Shown: positions 59,381 through 64,000 of the stretch, piece by piece
Position numbering within the stretch: the stretch's first letter is position 1
How the letters are laid out: each line of letters begins with the position of its first letter
From: Longimicrobiales bacterium
GTDB taxonomy: Bacteria; Gemmatimonadota; Gemmatimonadetes; Longimicrobiales; Gaopeijiaceae
Direction: 5' to 3'
DNA: 64,000 bases
NCBI GenBank assembly: GCA_041690395.1
Contig: JAWLHJ010000004.1
Coordinates: forward strand, 32,001 to 96,000
Translations under genes and position numbers: made by a program
Notes under the pieces: model-generated
Told to the model about the DNA's origin: nothing
Database searches by the model: none
What the model saw: only the letters and a program-made list of their open reading frames with translations

Positions 59381-59560
59381 GAAGTGGATGGGTGCGGGAG
59401 GCGGGCGACGAGCCTCCGAACTTACCCAGACCCGAGCGCGCGCAGCAACCGAGCCACCCCGGCCGCGCGCCCCCCTACGCGACGGGCCCCGGCCCGACCG
59501 GCGCGTCACGAGATGGAGGCGCGCTGGATCTACGGGGAGGATGCCGGTTAGACTTCAATC

Positions 59561-60127
59561 ATGCACATGATCCAGACAGCGCTTCCGCAGGTAGTCGAGA
59601 GCAGGGACGCACTCGCCCTGGCCGCAGACATCGCCGTCGTGATCACCGGGCTCGCCGTGATCGTGCTGGCGGTGGTCCTGATCGGTGCGGTCATCGAAGC
59701 TCGCGCGACCCTGAAAGAGCTCCGCATCGGAGTCCGCCAGAACCTCGGCCCGGTCTCCGATCGGGCACGGGCGATCTCAGACAACGTCGAGTCGATCACC
59801 GATACGCTGAGAACGGAAGTGCGGCACCTGCGCTCCTCCGTTCGCGCCATCAACGATCGACTCGATCAGGCGTCCGATCACATGGAAGACCGGATCGAGG
59901 AGTTCAACGCTCTGCTCGAAGCCGTCCAGGCGGAGGCCGAAGAGATCTTCCTCGACACCGCCGCCACGGTTCATGGACTGCGTGAAGGGGCACGATCTAT
60001 CGGACGAAATGGCAAGGACCTACACCACTCACCCGACACGGGGCCTGAAGACGGTTCCGGTGTCAGGAGGCCGGCCGGCGATCCGATCGGAAGAGCGGCC
60101 GCCGAAGCGGACCGAGACGCCGTCTGA
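59561..60127 (+). CDS. Single-TM coiled-coil protein (DUF948-like)
   Basis: N-terminal TM followed by long heptad repeats. Confidence 0.7.
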   Translation: MHMIQTALPQVVESRDALALAADIAVVITGLAVIVLAVVLIGAVIEARATLKELRIGVRQNLGPVSDRARAISDNVESITDTLRTEVRHLRSSVRAINDRLDQASDHMEDRIEEFNALLEAVQAEAEEIFLDTAATVHGLREGARSIGRNGKDLHHSPDTGPEDGSGVRRPAGDPIGRAAAEADRDAV

Positions 60128-60152
60128 ACGCGCCCGGTCCGGTTGGCGCCCC

Positions 60153-61142
60153 ATGAGCTCCCTGCTCTCGCGGGCCCTGTTCATCGTGACCGGGTGGTTC
60201 CTGCTGTCACCCGACGAGGTGGCGGCGTGGGGGCCGGCGACCCACATCGCGCTGGGGGAGGCGGTGCTCGCGTCCCTCCATCTCGTCCCACCCGCCGTGC
60301 GCGCGATTCTCGAGCGATACCCCCTGCACTTCCTCTACGGGTCGGTGGCCGCGGACATCTCGTTCGCCAAGAAGTACGTTCCCACCGGACGGCACTGCCA
60401 CGACTGGTCCGTCGGCGAGGAGATCCTCGCATCGGCCGAGACCGAGCGGCTCGCGTCCGTCGGGTACGGGTACCTGGCCCACCTGGCGGCCGACACCATC
60501 GCCCACAACGTCTTCGTGCCCCGGCAGCTTCTTCTGACCAGCACGACCCAGGCGCTCGGTCACGCCTACTGGGAGCATCGCATGGACATGCACGTGGGCG
60601 AGGATTTCCTGTCGCTCGCCCGGCACGTCGTCATGGATCATGACCACAGCGAGGCCGACACGCTCTTCGACGACGTTCTGAGCCGCACCATCTTCACGTT
60701 CGGCACGAACCGCCGGATCTTCCGCGGGATGATCCAGTTCCAGGGATACGAGCGGTGGCAGAAGGTGTTCGGCCAGGTGCTGGCCAAGTCGCGCTTCGAT
60801 CTTCCCGACCCCACGGTCGACCGGTACTTCGAAACGGCGTTCGAGCGCGTGGTGGGCTATCTGAACGATCGCTCGACGTCGGTAGCCGCCGAGGCCGACC
60901 CGGTCGGGGACCTCAACCTGAAGCTCGCGAAGAAGGTCCGGCGCCGTGCCCTCTCGGACCAGCGCGCGGCCCATCCGGAGGCACTCGAGGAGATGGCCGA
61001 GGCCTTCTTCCCGCTGCCCGACGAGCGCTCCGTCTACTGGCCGCAGATCCGTGAGCCGGAGTTCGCGGCCGGGATCACCTCCTGGAACGGTGGCCGCCGC
61101 ACGCTTCCGCCTCCGCCGGCGGCCGAGGACGAGAAGGGCTGA
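60153..61142 (+). CDS. Zinc-dependent phospholipase C/P1 nuclease-fold protein
   Basis: Signal-like N-terminus then WGPATH; GS.AAD, GYLAHLAAD..AH, H.YWE..MD. Confidence 0.85.
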   Translation: MSSLLSRALFIVTGWFLLSPDEVAAWGPATHIALGEAVLASLHLVPPAVRAILERYPLHFLYGSVAADISFAKKYVPTGRHCHDWSVGEEILASAETERLASVGYGYLAHLAADTIAHNVFVPRQLLLTSTTQALGHAYWEHRMDMHVGEDFLSLARHVVMDHDHSEADTLFDDVLSRTIFTFGTNRRIFRGMIQFQGYERWQKVFGQVLAKSRFDLPDPTVDRYFETAFERVVGYLNDRSTSVAAEADPVGDLNLKLAKKVRRRALSDQRAAHPEALEEMAEAFFPLPDERSVYWPQIREPEFAAGITSWNGGRRTLPPPPAAEDEKG

Positions 61143-61202
61143 ACGACGAGTGTGTCGCGCGGCGTGATTCGGCGATCGGCGGCCGGATGACGCTCTGCCG
61201 TA

Positions 61203-62633
61203 TCAGTCGTCGAGCGCGGCGCGCAGCAGCTCGCTCACCTGGCGCGGGTCGGCCTGCCCCTTCGAAAGGCCCATCACGCGTCCCATGAGGAAGCCGAGGA
61301 TCTTCTTCTCGCCGTCCCGGTAGCGGGCGGTCTCCTCGGGGTGCGCCTCGAGCACCGTTGCCACCCAGGCCTCGAGCCGGGCGGTGTCGCGGATCTGGAC
61401 GAGACCTTCCCGCTCCACGATCTGGCCCACCGGTGTGTCGTCCTCCGGGAGGAGGGCCAGCACCTTCTTGGCCGCCGAGTCGGACACGACGCCCTCCTTC
61501 AGAAGCCCGAGGATCTCCACGATCCGTGAGGGGGCCACCGAAAAGCGCTCGGGGTGCTCGCCCCGTTCGTTCATGAGCGCCTGCACCGGCCCCATCACCC
61601 AGTTCGCGGCCAACTTCGGGTCGTCCACGCCGCGCGCGACCGCCTCGAAGTACTCGGCCGTGGCGCGGACCTGGGTCAGGACGCCGGCGTCGTACTCCGA
61701 AAGTGCGTAGGCGTCCACGAAGCGCGCCCGTCGCGCGGCCGGGAGCTCCGGAAGCTCGGCCCGAGCGGCATCGAGCGCCTCCCCGTCCAGGCGGAGCGGA
61801 GGGAGGTCCGGATCAGGGAAGTACCGGTAATCGTGGCTCTCCTCCTTGGAGCGCATCGGCCGCACGGTGCCCCGATGGTCGTCCCAGAGCAGCGTCTGCT
61901 GCTCGATGCGTCCACCACCGTCCAGGACTTCCCGCTGCCGCGCGATCTCGATCTCGAGCGCCCGCTCGATGCCCGAGAACGAGTTCACGTTCTTGATCTC
62001 GGTCTTCGTTCCCAGCGTGTCGGAGCCCGAGGGGCGCAGCGAGATGTTGGCGTCCGCACGCAGGCTTCCCTCCTCCATGTTGCAGTCGCTCACGTCCACG
62101 TACTCGAGGATCTGCTTGAGGGCACCGAGAAACGCCCGTGTGTCCGCCGGGGAGCGCAGGTCGGGCTCGGTCACGATCTCCACGAGGGGCGTACCCGCGC
62201 GGTTCAGGTCCACGGCGCTCTTCCCGGGAATGCGGTCGTGGACGAGCTTGCCCGCGTCCTCTTCCATGTGGATGCGGTGGATCCGCACCGTCCGCGGTCC
62301 GTCGGGCCCGACGAACGAGACCGTACCGTCGGTCGCGAGGGGCTCCTCGAACTGGCTGATCTGATATCCCTTGGGGAGATCCGGGTAGAAGTAGTTCTTC
62401 CGCGCCCAGACGCTCCGCTCATGGACGGTGCAGTCCAGGGCGAGCGCCGTCCGGAGCCCCAGACGCACGGCCTCGGGGTTCACGGTCGGGAGCGCACCCG
62501 GGAGACCGAGGCAGACGGGGCACACGTGCGTGTTCGGCGCGTCCCCGAAGACCACCCGGTTGCCGCAGAACAGCTTCCGCTCGGTGCGGAGCTGCACGTG
62601 GATCTCGATGCCGATGACGACTTCCCAGCTCAC
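61203..62633 (-). CDS. gatB: Asp/Glu-tRNA amidotransferase subunit B
   Basis: IGIEIHVQL, RKNYFYPDLPKGYQISQ, EEDAGK, NRAG.PL.E, DYRYFPDPDL. Confidence 0.99.
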   Translation of the reverse strand: MSWEVVIGIEIHVQLRTERKLFCGNRVVFGDAPNTHVCPVCLGLPGALPTVNPEAVRLGLRTALALDCTVHERSVWARKNYFYPDLPKGYQISQFEEPLATDGTVSFVGPDGPRTVRIHRIHMEEDAGKLVHDRIPGKSAVDLNRAGTPLVEIVTEPDLRSPADTRAFLGALKQILEYVDVSDCNMEEGSLRADANISLRPSGSDTLGTKTEIKNVNSFSGIERALEIEIARQREVLDGGGRIEQQTLLWDDHRGTVRPMRSKEESHDYRYFPDPDLPPLRLDGEALDAARAELPELPAARRARFVDAYALSEYDAGVLTQVRATAEYFEAVARGVDDPKLAANWVMGPVQALMNERGEHPERFSVAPSRIVEILGLLKEGVVSDSAAKKVLALLPEDDTPVGQIVEREGLVQIRDTARLEAWVATVLEAHPEETARYRDGEKKILGFLMGRVMGLSKGQADPRQVSELLRAALDD

Positions 62634-64000
62634 GACGTGGTCCCTCCGAGCGAGGCTTCGAGGGCGGCGCCCACGCGGACCGTGGTATCCTCCCGCCACC
62701 AGGGCGCCAGGATCTGGCCGCCCACCGGGAGTCCGTCGAGCGAGCCGATCGGGACCGACATTCCCGGAATACCGGCCAGATTCGCCGTCACCGTGAACAC
62801 GTCGGACATGTACATCTGGACAGGGTCGTCGATCCTCTCCCCGATCGGGAACGCGGTCGTGGGGGTGGTCGGCGTGAAGAGCGCGTCGACTCCGGAGTCG
62901 AAGACCTCGCGGAAGTCCCGCGTGATGTGGGCGCGGGCCCGCTGCGCCCGGCCGTAGTACCGGTCGTAGTAGCCCGCCGAGAGCGCATACGTCCCCAGCA
63001 TGATCCGGCGCTTCACCTCGGCGCCGAAGCCCGTCGAGCGCGTCGCCTCGTGCATCGCCGCGATGTCGACGCCCTCGCGACGCACGCCGTAACGGACGCC
63101 GTCGAAGCGGGAGAGATTGCTCGACGCTTCGGCCGGCGCCAGGACGTAGTAGGTCGGGATCGCGAAGCGCGAATGCGGGAGTGACACCCTCCTGAGCTCC
63201 GCTCCAGCTCGCTCCAGACGCTCCAGCGCCACCTCGATCAGCCCTCGGATCCCGGCGTCGAGCGTGTCCGGCAGGTACTCTTCGGGCACGCCGACGACGA
63301 GCCCTCCCACGCCCTTCCCCGCGGCCTCGACCAGCCCCGGCACCGGCCGATCGACCGAGGTCGCGTCGAGCGGGTCGTGGCCCGACACGGCCTCGAGCAG
63401 CCGGGCGGCGTCGACCACGGTCCTACCGAACGCGCCGATCTGGTCCATCGACGACGCGAACGCGACCAGGCCGTAGCGACTCACCCGCCCGTACGTGGGC
63501 TTGAGGCCCACCACCCCGCAGAACGCCGCGGGCTGCCGGACGGAGCCTCCGGTCTCGGAGCCGAGCGCCATCGACACGTAGCCCGCCGCCACCGCGGCGG
63601 CCGAGCCACCCGAGCTTCCCCCGGTCACGCGCGCGCGGTCGTGCGGGTTCCGGGTCGGGCCCCAGGCCGAGCTCTCGGTGGAGGAGCCCATGGCGAACTC
63701 GTCCAGGTTGGTCTTCCCCACGACGACCGCGCCGGCCGCCCGCAACTTCCGGATCGCAGTGGCCTCGAACGGGGAGCGGTACCCTTCCAGCAGGCGGGAG
63801 CCGCAGGTGGTCGGCAGCTCGAGCGTGGCGATGTTGTCCTTCACGGCGACCGGGACTCCGGCGAGGGGGGCGTCCCGGTCCGTCGGGCCCGGTCCGCCCA
63901 CCGCGACGTCGTCCGCCACGGAGATGAAGGCGTTCAACCCTTCCGGCCCCGCCTCGGCGGCCCGGATGCGCTGGACTACGTCGGCGGCCGCCAGGCGCGT
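62630..64000 (-). CDS. gatA: Asp/Glu-tRNA amidotransferase subunit A (5' end runs to the window edge)
   Basis: KDN, KTNLDEFAMGSS, GGSSGGS, ETGGSVRQPA, EASSNLSRFDG. Confidence 0.98.
   Translation of the reverse strand, partial: TRLAAADVVQRIRAAEAGPEGLNAFISVADDVAVGGPGPTDRDAPLAGVPVAVKDNIATLELPTTCGSRLLEGYRSPFEATAIRKLRAAGAVVVGKTNLDEFAMGSSTESSAWGPTRNPHDRARVTGGSSGGSAAAVAAGYVSMALGSETGGSVRQPAAFCGVVGLKPTYGRVSRYGLVAFASSMDQIGAFGRTVVDAARLLEAVSGHDPLDATSVDRPVPGLVEAAGKGVGGLVVGVPEEYLPDTLDAGIRGLIEVALERLERAGAELRRVSLPHSRFAIPTYYVLAPAEASSNLSRFDGVRYGVRREGVDIAAMHEATRSTGFGAEVKRRIMLGTYALSAGYYDRYYGRAQRARAHITRDFREVFDSGVDALFTPTTPTTAFPIGERIDDPVQMYMSDVFTVTANLAGIPGMSVPIGSLDGLPVGGQILAPWWREDTTVRVGAALEASLGGTTS

Overview
High-GC (roughly 70% by eye) bacterial core-genome window, densely coding and almost all on the minus strand. 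I found no tRNA, rRNA, CRISPR array, transposase, integrase or prophage gene. Gene content and order suggest a Gram-negative FCB-group organism, most likely Gemmatimonadota; this is inference only. The main blocks are: (1) gatAB and murA; (2) a ~26 kb co-oriented run rimP-nusA-L7Ae-infB-DUF503-rbfA-truB-ribF-rpsO-pnp-M16-ald-dut-mreBCD-mrdA-rodA-accD-folC-hisS-proS-guaA; (3) an M48 protease, clpB and trxA; (4) a translationally coupled rsmI-DUF4159-DUF4175-TPR-GATase-like-JAB/DinG operon; (5) valS-Ig-lipoprotein-selA-gmhB; (6) iscA/erpA-MBL-purN-purH. The best leads are an Ig-like lipoprotein packed with D-(S/T)-hydrophobic motifs matching the Bacteroidota O-glycosylation sequon, an uncharacterised four-gene envelope module coupled to a JAB-DinG fusion helicase, a TonB/TolA-like SxxxH-anchored protein with an unrecognised C-terminus, an SSB-tail DUF3127 protein, structured leaders (rimP, rpsO, pnp, iscA, clpB) and sigma54-type promoters on neighbouring envelope genes. 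All calls come from motif recognition by eye; no searches were run, and GTG/TTG starts are estimates.
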